Source of the DNA: Sphagnum compactum
Taxonomy: Eukaryota
DNA length: 64,000 bases
Direction: 5' to 3'
NCBI GenBank assembly: GCA_965153455.1
Contig: OZ234493.1
Location: 18,342,213-18,406,212, forward strand
Shown: positions 38,346-51,000 of the stretch, in pieces
Numbering within the stretch: the stretch's first letter is position 1
Layout of the letters: every line of letters starts with the position of its first letter
Translations under genes and position numbers: made by a program
The notes under the pieces: model-generated
What the model was told of the DNA's origin: nothing
What the model saw: only the letters and a program-made list of their open reading frames with translations
Databases searched by the model: none

Positions 38346-38559
38346 CATAAACCTCAAAAGACATTGACAACAAGGACTCATAGATGATGCAAATCAACAT
38401 TAACAACATAGACCCCTATCTTTTCACACTAACCTATATTGTGAAGGTCTAAAGATTTTAGGGTGTTTCATGTTTTAATAGAATTTTTCTCATCATTGAA
38501 ACATTCTGCCTTGAAGGGTTAAGGTAATTGCATTGGGGGCCTCCTATTTGCTCCTCTAG

Positions 38560-40900
38560 CATAGTTTGGTTTCCAAACTATTCTACACCATTCAACATCA
38601 CAAGTTGAAACAACATGTCAATCTTCTTCAAAAAAATTAAAATCAATAATCAAATCTTCATTTTTTAAAATTTGGAAATTGTTGCTCATGTTCTGCCCAC
38701 CAAATAAATGGACTGAAAGGATCTATTAGGATTGCAATCCTCTTAAAAAAAGACAATTCAACTTTAATGAACCCCATTGCAACTTCTTTAGCAAAAGCCA
38801 AGGATCCAAATACACCTAGTTCAACCATTGTAAATGCAATAGATGTAATAGATGTTGAATTTGGTGTTAAGGCATGATAAACAATGAACATGGGTGGCAT
38901 TAAAATCTCTCAATCATAGTTTGTAGCAACCTACATGGCTAATTCACACCAACATAATCTCCAATGAGTTGCAAGTTTTTGAAACGTTGGTCAAACATAA
39001 TAACTAACATATTGTGAGCATGACGAGGCTAAAATGATGATGCAAAGGCCAAAAGAAGCTTCAACACACCAATAACTTCAGTTTGCATTTGATACCCAAG
39101 ATGCAATAATTCAGAATCAAAATCATTAACTTGCACCAACAACCATAATTAGATAGTTAAATCATGATTTTGGAGGAAGACAAACTAAACCCTAGGCAAA
39201 AAAATCCAAAAAGAATTAAACCACATACCTACATAATTTCATTTGTGTTGGAATTGATGTTGTACATGTGTGTTATGTGTTGTACATCATAACACACATG
39301 GTTATGGCAACATAAATAACATCAAATAATAACCGATACCCTTAGGATTGGTTCAAAACACATTGGGTGACCACTAGTGTCAGAACTTTTGACATTTTTT
39401 GTGCCACAACCCATGTTTAGGGAGATGGTATTTTGTTTTGCAAGGCAATGGTTTGCCATGAATACCAAAGGTTTATGGCATGTTTGAACTTCAAGGTTTC
39501 TTTGAATAATTTCACTTTTGATGCAAATCAAGTCTTGAGAAGAGTTTTTGATTTTCGGGGGCAAAAATATGCATCGTTACAAGCCTTAGCCCACTATTGT
39601 CTACCCCTTGCACTTTTTTTATTCCAAATAATTGTCTTCTAAATAAAGGATTGAACTTCTTTAATTGAAATCTCCTTTATGCCATCACACACTTTCAAGT
39701 CATTAGTAGCATACTGACAACATTTGAACATGGCATGCCCATAACAATTAATAGCCTAGGGTTGTGGTAACAAGAGAGAAGCATAAGATACAATGTTTGT
39801 TAAGGTCGTTGTGAGGGTGTTTAGATTGCCATGGCTATTCATCTTTGACATATGTTATGACTTTTTCCAACAACTTGTATCAAGCAAACAAATCCTTGAA
39901 TTGAATAACCATGGCAACCCCCGAGGTTTCATGAACCTCAAAAATTGTCGTAGTGGCATGGCAAGGTTCCCACTTTTTGTTTATGTAATTCACAACCAAA
40001 GCAAACATATCAAAACCTCCTCAGGACATCCACAAATTGAATGTGGTTGTAACTATAATGGCATCAACAAAACCAAAAAAAAATGGTGTTCCATGGTCTT
40101 GTTGACCATGCATGAGATTACTTCATAAATAAACTATCGTCTACTAAGAAAGGTAATTTAATCACATTGACAAAGGACAAGCCTTCTCAGCCACACATTT
40201 TCAGTGAAGTTCAATGGTTGATAACCTTTAATGATGTACAAGATCAAATCCTCAAGAAACAATTCTTGAACAAGGTTTGAATTTTTGCATGGCACTCTAG
40301 AGTTGAAAAAATCAACAATAGATATTACAAATGGCTTTTTTAGCATCTTATAAATTTGATGAGTATTAGTTGTTACAGTAGTAGCTCATCATGTGTTGTA
40401 TTTCTTCAACACTATAGAATGTTTAAAAGCCACATGTTGACTCATGGTGGCTGTGCCATGGTCTTTGTTATACATAACTAATCCTTTCCGATTTTGGGTA
40501 TAACTCCCTCTTACAATTTCCTATTGGATGCTATGACACACAACACATCCCATTCATTCAGATGTAGAACAATTTACAATAACAATATGGTCATTAACTT
40601 AAAAAAATGCCCACATACTTGTTGTTCTATTCCAAGTGAGACAAATATTTTGGTTGCACTCCAATTCCACAAAAAACGTTTCATTACATGCTTGTTCTTC
40701 AACTTATAGAAGCTCTTCTTCATTTGCACCAAGGTCTATATCAACAAGCTCATTGTAATTTACTTTAGATTGGATCACACCATCACCACTCCCAACCCCA
40801 ATTTCACCATTGTAAACACTTATATAATTAGCAACATGAAGAGGAAAACCTTGTGAAGCTTTTGCAACCCCATTAAAAAAAACACCATGTTTTAAGTTCA
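38560..40900 (-). mobile_element. Degenerate hAT-family transposase relic
   Basis: IDPFSPFIWWAEHEQQFPN matches the hAT C-terminal dimerisation motif (DPL.WW......FP.L). Upstream fragments such as FLEDLILYIIKGYQPLNFTENVWLRRLVL are present, with many stops. Confidence 0.7.
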
Positions 40901-40964
40901 TTGTTAATTGACCTTGAAAGCTAAACCAAGTACACTATATTATGAAATTCAAATAAAGAAGGAT

Positions 40965-41779
40965 TGTCATGCCCGTATGCATGGCCTCATACATAATGGT
41001 CAGTTACGAGCATGCCATTCATGTCTTTTAGGGTTAATGTACGTTGTTAGGGTTAGTGTACATTGTTAGGTTACTGTACGTTATTGAATGTTTAGGGTTT
41101 CAGCTTGTTGGCAATTGTATAAAGGCCCAAGCCCTTCCCTTCTTTCGTTAGTTTTTCTTAAATTCCTTTATTAGGAGAGTTTTCTTCATAATAGATTGGA
41201 TTTCTAGATGCTCACGGCTACCATTACATGACCACAGTTTACATACATTTCTTTTCTTTCCTTATTTGCATATCAATTGTGAAGATGTTTGAGTCTCTAA
41301 TGCTATCAAACAGTTCTTCAAGGATGGGCATGGGGTACCTGTCCTGAGATGTAACCAGGTTCAAAATCGTATAATCCCTGCACATCCTTTTCTCAGTCCA
41401 TAATCCAACTGAATCCTTCTTTGCTGGCATTACTATAACGGCTGCAAAATCAGAACTTGATGGCTGAATGAGACCAGCCTCATGGAACTTTTTGCATCTT
41501 TCATCTACCGTTTCGCACTCATGTTTGCTCAACCTATGCCTCCTCCGATAGATGGGTGTTTCATCTGTAAGGTCTACAGAGAACTACATGGTCTTACACC
41601 TACCTATACATGACAATTTCATCTCAACTTCCTTTTGTGCATTGTATGTATATGTGCGTGCATCTCTTTTTGGTTGGTTAGTTTCTACCTTTGACTGGTT
41701 TTTATCTTTTTGTTTTGTAAAATAATTATGGATTTACACCCTCACGACACCGTACGTCGCGACATTACATGTCACGACA
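40965..41779 (-). mobile_element. Truncated Ty3/Gypsy fragment with a reverse-transcriptase piece (about 41270-41590)
   Basis: TPIYRRRHRLS...AGLIQPSSSDFAAVIVMPAKKD...KRMCRDYTILNLVTSQDRYPMPILEELFD is the Gypsy RT N-terminal motif set. Flanks begin TGTCA and end GACA, but no TSD was found. Confidence 0.85.
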
Positions 41780-44090
41780 GGAACATATAAATCACCCCTA
41801 GCACTATTTACCAGATTTGAAATGTAAACCTCAAATTATCACTAGCAATGTTCATGATTGTTCAAGAAACATCACAAAATAGGTGCAAAATAGTCACCGA
41901 AGTTGTAATGCTCACAAAACATTGCTCATGTAAATTTAATGCCCATGAAACAACACACATCGCTAGCACCAAACTTTCCACCCTTGAAGCAAATTTACAA
42001 GTGCTCATGAACAAAGCAAATGTTAAACAAAATACCGAATTTGGAGTGCTCATGAAGCACCTTATAATCTAGTGCTCACAAAATAGTGCACATATCACCA
42101 ACATCAAACCTTAAACCCTTGAAACGAAACCATGTTCATGAAACACCCTATAGATTTAGTGTTCACAAAGCAACAAATCCAATGTTCACAAAGCACACAA
42201 ATCATAAAACACCAAACACACCAATGTTACACAATGTTCACAAAGCACAAAGATCAAGTGTTCACAAAACACAACACACACCACTACTATAGCACTCATG
42301 AAGCACTAAGAAAACACTAGGAGCAATAAACAATGTTCATGAAAATTTATTGAACAAAACATCACATAGATCACACAATTGATGAAAGAAAAAAAACAAA
42401 AGAAATAATGGAGTCACACAACCTAGGAACTTATGAAGTAAGAAGAACAAACTTGCACAGAAAACTCACTTGTTTACATCAATGTAAGTTGATTGCCAAT
42501 GATAAAGAGAAGTTGCAAATTTTGGCACTCCTTTCTAGTGCTCCTTTCCAACACTCTTTTCCATTGTGCATTGAAGTCATGGACATCTTACATAATGATG
42601 AGAGCTAGTGCTTTCTCAAGCGGGGGCCGCAACTCAATAGCACACTAAAAACTGGCCAAGCTAACATTTCTAACCTAACCCTAAAATTCCTAAACCTAAA
42701 TCCTTATGCCTTGCACAAGTTCACTATAAAAGAAGCCTGCTTGCTAGGGCAACTCATGAGTTTTTCAAACACATGCCCACTTATGTAAGGGCATTGCATG
42801 TGTATAGGAGAAGCAAGGCCCACCCAAGTAAGGTGTAACTATTTTATTTTTTTTGTCGACCATTGCTGGTCAGGGCATATGATACCTGTGTTAATGCCCT
42901 GGCTGATACCTGGCCAGGACCTACATACCCAGCCAACACTGGTTAATACCTAATATGACTGGGACCTTTAGATGCAAGAAGATCATCACGAGCGAGAAAA
43001 GATTTGTTGACGTTTTTATGTACCAAATAATCATCCTGTAAGTTCTCTTATTTTCACAAAAAAAAAAAAGCTTTGTAATTAGAGCTTAGGCAGATTGTAC
43101 ATGAGCCATTGTTAATGCATGGACATTGTAAGGGTCATAGACTTGATAATACCCCCATTCTTTCATGCCACTTGGAGGTGGGAACAGTAGATTAAGGGAT
43201 GGTTAAAAATTGTCTCAGATGCAGGAAGTCATACAACATATGCAAGCTGTCACATATATAAAAAATTCAATTCAATTATGTATTTTGACAACTGAATACA
43301 TGCCACATGGTGCTCAAATTGACAAGCTTGCATTTTGGAATTTCAAGGCTATCTCCACTAATGGCCATACCACACTAAGGCTAGGCTGCTGTAATAAATA
43401 ACATGGAGGACTTCGCTTGTGCAATTTCATTGGTCTGTTGGCTTTTGCACTATTCTTATTGCCCATAGAACTGGCAGTCGCTTAAGGAAGAAAGGTGATA
43501 AAGTGCAGGGTTCACGTTAAAAAAGGTATTATCAACACCAAATAAGAGATTTTTTAGAATGTCTCATCACAAAAGTCTAGGAAGCTCCAGCAAAGGTGAA
43601 GTGAGGACAGAAAAAGGAAAGACTAGACTTGTGGATTTCCAGTGTTGCATCAAAATCTACACAATAGCCATGGCAGTTGCAGTTCCTGCACTAATAGCCA
43701 AGGCACCCGTCTGCAGCACCCACGCATGGGACCTTTTTTTTTTCCTGATTGCCCTCCCCCCTCCCCCCCCCCCCCCCGCCCAGCCCCAAACACCATCCAT
43801 GGTGGTGAAAACTACTGCCCTTTAGGGCCCTTGGTTTCACTGCCCTTCACTTCACCTGCTATGTGGTGAAAATTAAAATTAAAAAAAAACCCCCATGAAT
43901 ATTATGGAAGGGTGCCCTGGCTATTGGGAGAGGGACAGCGGCTGCCATGGCTATTGTTCTCCCGCAACTTGCAAGGGGAGTGAACCTGGCCATATTAGAA
44001 AGACAAAGAAATCAATGACTGTCCATTCATTCAACCGTTCCAGCCAGAATGGTCAGTTTCTATGCAGCCCAGAGGACATGCTCCGAGATC

Positions 44091-44100
44091 CCTATATAGC
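44091..44100 (+). promoter_or_regulatory. Candidate TATA box for the DUF247 transcript
   Basis: cctatatagc followed by a pyrimidine-rich leader; the link to the CDS is inferred. Confidence 0.35.
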
Positions 44101-44175
44101 CCGACGTTCTCCTAAACCTTTGCCACTCAAAGTCATTCTGCGTTTCGTGAACTCTCTCGTCTGTTATCTCTGCTT

Positions 44176-44837
44176 GTCGCCAGCCTCCTCACAGGCTCCT
44201 CTGTTTCGCTTTCTTTCTTCTCTCGTTATATCCCAGGTTCCGTTGGTCGTCGCCAGCCTCCTCACAGGCTCCTCTGTTTCGCTTTCTTTCTTCTCTCATT
44301 ATATCCCAGGTTCCGTTGGTCGTCGCCAGCCTCCTCACAGGCCCCTCTGTTTCGCTTTCTTTCTTCTCTCTCATTACATCCAAGGTCCCGTTGCTCGTCG
44401 CCAGCCTCCTCACAGGCTCCTCTGTTTCGATTTCTTTCTTCTCTCATTATATCCCATATTTCGTTGCTCGTAGCCAGCCTCCTCACAGGCTCCTCTGGTT
44501 CGCTTTCTTTCTTCTCTCATTATATCGCAGGTTTCGTTGCTCGTCGCCAGCCTCCTCACAGGCTCCTCTAGTTCGCTTTCTTTCTTCTCTCTCATTATAT
44601 CCAAGGTTCCGTTGATCGTCGCTAGCCTCCTCACAGGATCCTCTGTTTTGCTTTCTTTCTTCTCTCTCGTTATATCAAAGTTCCGTTGGTCGTCGCCAGC
44701 CTCCTCACAGGCTCCTCTGTTTCGCTTTCTTCCTTCTCTCTCATTATATCCAAGGTTCCGTTGATCGTCGCCAGCCTCCTCACAGGCTCCTCTGTTTAGC
44801 TTTCTTTCTTCTCTCTCATTATATCCCAGGTTCCGTT
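44176..44837 (+). repeat. Tandem array, 9 copies of a 73-75-bp unit
   Basis: gtcgccagcctcctcacaggctcctctgtttcgctttctttcttctctcattatatcccaggttccgttg.. starts at 44176, 44249, 44322, 44397, 44470, 44543, 44618, 44692 and 44767. Confidence 0.95.
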
Positions 44838-46390
44838 TCTAGCACGCTGCACGTCTCTCCCTGTCTTTACTTTCTCTCAAACACATCTCTGTTTCATCCC
44901 CATTCTTGCAATTTATTATGGTTCTTTCCCATTAGGTACCCGTCCCCACCCGGGTTTCCTTTACGCACAACTGCAGCTGCCGCTATTGCATCCCGTGGGA
45001 TTGCCTTTCTCCTTGGTTTCCATCTAATATTCATACCTACCACCGCTGCCGATGACCAGCCAGCACTCTGTTGTACTCAGAGCCATCTAGTGTCGACGGT
45101 ATACTCGCATGCAGCTCCGTTTAACTCAATGTCTCAATAGATCTCTAGGTTCTGGATTTCGCTGTTTCTTTTCCAGTATGAAATTGATGGCCTGATTTTT
45201 TTCTCTTCTACAGCATGGACTAATTGTCCGTATATTTTATTGCAGATATTTCGTGTAGAGACAGTCTCAACTAAAGAGTACAAAATCTGTATACAGTGGA
45301 TCGCTCCATCTAAGTTGGTGCGCGTGCAACTTGTTTACTGCATTAAAGGTCACATCGCCTTTGTTGCCCTGTATGTGGATGTTCACCTCACCAAAGGATT
45401 GTTTACAATTTTAATCTGAATAGATGCTTCCAAGTTCCTGCTCATGGCTGGAACTGTAAACGTGGGAAAGACAAGAAAATTCGTAGTTGAAATATGTGAG
45501 CGCAAATCAGTATGGGATAGGCTTGTGAAAGTTTCTTTTGTAGGTCACCATGTGTGTTGTAATGAGATGTTCTATATTACCGTTTGACACAATATGAGGC
45601 CTGGCTCTGTCATCTCCCTCTTCACAATGTTAATCTCTTGGTACTCTGTTTTCGCTCCATTCTTCCCTCTGGCTTGCTATATTCCCTCAGTTTGTTTGCT
45701 ATGTGCAGCTTGTAGAGTGCCTGCTTAGAGTTTAGCTTACAGCCGCTCCCGGAATGGATTTCATTCAAAACTGACCCGTTTTTGTTGTTGAGTAATTGCA
45801 GCGACTGAACCTCTCCTCACCTGTTTTACAGCTCTTCGACAACTTACTAGACGCTTCCGCTTTCTAGGAGTGTCCACGCCGCTTGCAGAAGCAGTAGTTG
45901 CAGGAGTAATCTTTTCAACTTGTTTGCTGTAATGCCTACAGCACTTTGCGTTCCTGCCTAGAGACCAAACGCCCTGCGCGATCAGCCAACTCTGGGCTCT
46001 GCTCCGATCTATCTCAATATTTTGAAGTGGTGCGTTTCATTTATCGATTCTTGTGTAGATGCGCTTTTAATGAGAGAACCTATTAACACTTTACGCAGAA
46101 CGTGAGAAATATGTATATCTCAATTACTCATTCCTTTCAAACCATCCAAGAAGTTAGCCGTGATGCCATTTATCCATCAGTTTCTGAACATCCAGTTAGT
46201 TGTCACGAATCTTCACAACGGTGATCAAGCCTTGCTTTCAGTATGGAGATTGCTCTGAAACATGGTCAGGAAGTAGGTTTCTGCAACAGGTTTTGTAAAA
46301 TAAGCGGAATGACCGAAATTTTCTTCGTCTGTTATGTTGCTACAGAGTCAAGGCTTTGAACACTGTTGATACAGTTGCCTCGAAGACACC

Positions 46391-48004
46391 ATGGCTGACA
46401 CCAGCTTTGTCGTTGAATCTGAGTGGATCTGTAATATCCGATCAGGACTTGAAATGGCACGCTCTGGTCAAAATGCAGGGGGTGATATTCCTATAAAAAG
46501 GTTGCCAGGCTTCTTTCGTAAACCTGTGGAACTTTACACTCCACGACAATGGCAATTCGGCCTCCACAACCGTGACCTTCAAACATCCAGTAGTGAATCA
46601 GAAGTTACGAAAATAAGCTTAGCTGCAGCATTCAATTTGAACCAAGATGAATGGGACAAATTTTGTGCTGATGTTGTCGATAATCCTGCAGATATGAAGC
46701 TGAAATCATACGGTATATACTTTACTGTAACTGAACAAAGCCTGAAGGAAGTGCAATACCTATTAACCTTGGATGCTCTGACATTAGTTTTAGTAATAAG
46801 TTCAAATGCGAGAGCGATTCATCAACGCTACCAAAAATCTAATGTAGTTGATCAGCGCCTCCTATTACCAGATTTATTCATACGATCGCTAGTTACCGGA
46901 GGTTTTAACATTGAGGCGGTGACAAATGTAGCGGTGTGTATTTCGACGATTTGGGACGATCTTTTCTTGTGTGAAAACCAAATTCCAATGGCTTTGATGA
47001 GGAAGGTCAGTAGCAAATGTTATGGATTACTGCCGGTAGAAAGGAAGTCTAATGATCAGAATCTACGAGAACTAGATAATTTGAACTCGGATGTGACCAA
47101 AAAATTGTTGGATAGTATTTTGAAGAATGTAACAACTCATATGTGCCACAGACTATTTGCAGAGCCTTGCCCTAACAAAAAAGACAATCTTATCAACTTA
47201 ATTGACCTCAATTATGAAGTAGGCGAATTAGAAAATTGTGCACACATTTTTGCCTGTATTCACAAAGTAATAACTAGTTGCGTTAGCATGCCACCCATCG
47301 CCACCGTCACTACAACGTTCGAACGTGCAAAACAATTATTTTGGCGTCCCGTTGCAACCGGATCGGAGAAACTTGCTACCATTATTGCCACAATTTTTGG
47401 ATTCAGCAGAAAGACTGAAACTGAAGTGGGCTTCGGTATTGAATCACTACCGTCTGCAACTGTTTTGAAGAAAGCTGGCATTCGAATTCAAGGGATCCCT
47501 GGAATGGTGCAGCAAGTGGCTTTTAAAAATGGCTGTTTGTTTCTCCCAATCATGAAACATAACACACCTTTGGAGTCCTATATTTGCAATATGGTGATGT
47601 ACGAAGGGCAAAATTCTTGGGCCCATCCATTTTTCGATTACCTACAACTCATGAAACATCTGATCAAGACCCCTGAAGACGTGTCGTATCTCATCGATTG
47701 TGACGTGATTCGGCCAGGCTTTTCCACCCAAAAGCGCATTTTTCAAATGTGGCAATCAATAAGAGTGTATTATTACCCTCGATATTCAATGGAGTATAGC
47801 GAGAGTATAGTGCAGCCTATCAATAAGCATTTATCCCCACTAAATATGATGGTAACTGACTTTTACAATACATACTGTTCCAAACCGTGGTTAGTGATAA
47901 GTGTCATGGCAGGCATAATTCTACTTGTCGCTACACTTATCCAAACTTACGTAGCTGTCATTGGTTCCGATAAAATGCAACCTCATTTTCCTCGAGGTGG
48001 GTAA
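46391..48004 (+). CDS. DUF247 (UPF0481)-family membrane-anchored protein, 537 aa, single coding exon
   Basis: Intact ORF with ACC-ATG-G context. DUF247 motifs: IKRLP..FR...ELYTP....FGLH, DLFLCENQIP, LPSATVLKKAGI, F.NG.L.LP, YLQLMKHLIKTPEDV, and C-terminal TM PWLVISVMAGIILLVATLIQT. A UTR splice acceptor (tacag|) lies at 46344-46345. Confidence 0.95.
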   Translation: MADTSFVVESEWICNIRSGLEMARSGQNAGGDIPIKRLPGFFRKPVELYTPRQWQFGLHNRDLQTSSSESEVTKISLAAAFNLNQDEWDKFCADVVDNPADMKLKSYGIYFTVTEQSLKEVQYLLTLDALTLVLVISSNARAIHQRYQKSNVVDQRLLLPDLFIRSLVTGGFNIEAVTNVAVCISTIWDDLFLCENQIPMALMRKVSSKCYGLLPVERKSNDQNLRELDNLNSDVTKKLLDSILKNVTTHMCHRLFAEPCPNKKDNLINLIDLNYEVGELENCAHIFACIHKVITSCVSMPPIATVTTTFERAKQLFWRPVATGSEKLATIIATIFGFSRKTETEVGFGIESLPSATVLKKAGIRIQGIPGMVQQVAFKNGCLFLPIMKHNTPLESYICNMVMYEGQNSWAHPFFDYLQLMKHLIKTPEDVSYLIDCDVIRPGFSTQKRIFQMWQSIRVYYYPRYSMEYSESIVQPINKHLSPLNMMVTDFYNTYCSKPWLVISVMAGIILLVATLIQTYVAVIGSDKMQPHFPRGG

Positions 48005-51000
48005 AACCTCCTTCGGGAATGTATATTACTTTTGGACAGATATTGAACATGGTATAAAAAATCGTATTGAAAGCCAGAGCAGTCTAAATACTCTGTTGTT
48101 TGTTTCGTTTTGTGAGCACACCTTAACCTACTCAAATTGTGAGGATCTTAATTTATCATGTATCAAATTCAATGAACATAGTCAACCATAGATGTGAACA
48201 ATATTATTCAGAATTCTTTTTTGACATCAATTGCATTATTTAGTAAATTTAAATTATTTTTTTGTGAAAGAGGTGAAATTTGAACATTTAATATAAGTTT
48301 GTAATATATTTTTATTAATTGAATGTAACATCATTTATCTATTGGCGAAAGACAATTTATGCTGATAATAATGGTGCCCAAAAAAACTAAAAAATCAAGA
48401 AATCTTTTTAAATTAATTTTTTTTAATAATTTAATTGTTAATGGATGCAATCAGTCTTAAGTTCACAATTAAATCATCAATACGATTCTTTGCCAATTGA
48501 TTTTTTTAAAAAGTCACATCTCTTAAACCTATGAAAAGATTTTTTGAAAAGTTATATCCTTAAAACTGTGAAGATGATCCCTCTTGGAGCATTGGCAAAA
48601 ATGGTCCAGGCACCACTAGATCTTGCTGGAAAGATGACATAGATGTCCTCATGCAATTAACATGTGAATACACAATTAACATTTGCTTATTGCAAAATCA
48701 TCAGTTAAATTAGAAATGATTTTCTACGCTGATGGTGTTGGATTGGAATTTGCGGTGCCACTCATAGTACTTCCAAGGCAATTCCTTTCAAAAAGATGAA
48801 ATTTGGCACTCTACATCTGATAGGTCCCATCTTTTGGGGTCCAAAGCCTGAATGTCACTCTCCAAAGATTTTACCATACACATAAAGCACTTCCAAAAAT
48901 TTCCTAATGCATTTGAATTTTGGAGGGAGGGGCACCTTGCATGCATTGATATCCCCTCAAGAAAAAAGGAGGAATATTGCACCTACTCCAAGATGGGAAG
49001 AATCTTACACCTCTTTATAGGTGAAAGGTCCTACCCACTTGTAAGGAATATGCCATGTGAACTACTTTGGTTTAAGTTCAAGATGACCTCCATTTCAAGT
49101 AAACCCAAGGGTGGGGAACATTCTTGAAGTGTGGGGCTCGACTTGGCTACAATGGCTCCTTATTTTTGGAATGCCCCACCCGAGTGCTTGCCCCTTTAAT
49201 CTCTATATGTTCTTCATGCACATCAACCAAGTTTTTTTTTGCTTTTTTGGGTTGTGGTGTAGGTGGGAATACATTTGAATGAAAGAAACACATTTGATGA
49301 ATACTGAAAACAGTTTCAAAAATTCTCTGGTTATTGCCATTATGTTCAGAGTGGCCTTGGGCAATTGAGGAAAACAATACAAAATTCATCCTGGCAATAT
49401 GTATAACATTTTATTCTATATATACAAGTTGGCTACTAAAGCTCCATCTCTAATGCATGCTGCCTATCGATGTTGGTGACATGTAAAAAATTTGGCACCA
49501 AGCCTATGTTGACACAATGTTATCTAGCAACATGTCATGGAAAATAAGTGCACAAAACACAGCTTCACATTTCAACTACAAACCTCAACCATGGCTTGAT
49601 TGAACATTTACTCACAATCTCATATGGAAAGGTATCAAGTGTTAGTATAATGGGTTTTTATGGAAGTCACAATGGTTTTTTTTAGTCATTTAGTTAAGGC
49701 TTGTTTAATACAACTCAAATGCATTTGGAAAATTTAGTGAAATTGAGATGAAAAATTGAAACTTATATTAATTTATTCAAATTTGAAAATTTTACACAAA
49801 AAACATCAATATTCAATCGAAAGTGGACTTTGCAATGTAAGATACATCTAAGGTCATAATCATAAAAAAATATGATTATGTTTTCTTTTCAAACATTACA
49901 AGGAATTCCCATATTAACAACTAATTTTACAATTAATTTTTAATTGTTAATGCCACATGCAGCTATTATAGTGTTTAGTTACCTTGGACAAGCCACATAA
50001 GAATTTTAATTGCAAAAAAAATTATGTGGCACTCAATTAAAATGACAGTTGCATTGAGGTCCAATTAAAATCAATTTTTCATCCAACTAACATCCAACCT
50101 ATGTGGCATGATCATTTGTGATCGGTTTACGATTAAATGTAATTACATATGATGATATGGCATGGTCATTTGTGACTAGGTTTACGATTAAAAATTGTAA
50201 TCACACAAAGTGTTTCATAATCAACTAAAATATATCCACGTGGCAATTTAATCCACCCAACAATCCTAGACTAAACTAGGTTAGGCTTAAAATAGGTAAA
50301 TGGGTATAAATTATAAACTTAGGTAACTAAGTAGGTAGGTAAAATCTTTTAAAAAAATTGTTCATGGTCACAAGACCTTTTGAATGATTCATCCCTAATG
50401 GGGCGAAAGTAGGAAAAGAGGAGCTAAGCAATGTGTGGACAATCCTTAAAAACTATTTTTTGAAAATTTGAAAAATCACCATGGGAACAATGTATATCAA
50501 AAAAATTGTTTTATTTTTTAAATAAATTCTTATACTTTCAAATTTGTAGCTACAAAAATTTTATGAAAATTTGCCATGTTTCAAAAATCCTTTTATATGT
50601 TTAAAGCACTTAAGAAATGCATGTGGACAGCATGTGGGCTTTTTGTATCAAAAGTTTTTTTCCTTTATCAAATGTTCACCAAATCATCTCAATTTTTTTT
50701 TTGAACTTTAATATATTCCACAAAAAGGGATCCATGTGTTCAAAACATTCAAAAAATTCAAATACATATCCCTTTTTAGATTCTAATACTTGAATGTCTT
50801 TTAACACTATTATAGTTTTGAATTTGTAATCATGTTTTAAAGTACAATTATAAATTTAACTATAATGTAAAGCTTGATGCAAAAAAAATTGAGTTTTTAT
50901 CATGTTGTAAGTTATATTTGGCCTTAAATTTGATATTCAGTTTAAAAAATTGTGTGAAAAATGCAATATAAACCGATAGAAAATTGTGATGTGGAAAATG

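Noticed and set aside
44176..44837. CRISPR-like array, or coding ORFs (43895..44473 and others)
   Set aside because: Units are contiguous with no unique spacers, there are no cas genes, and unit lengths of 73-75 bp shift the frame. The ORFs are repeat artefacts.
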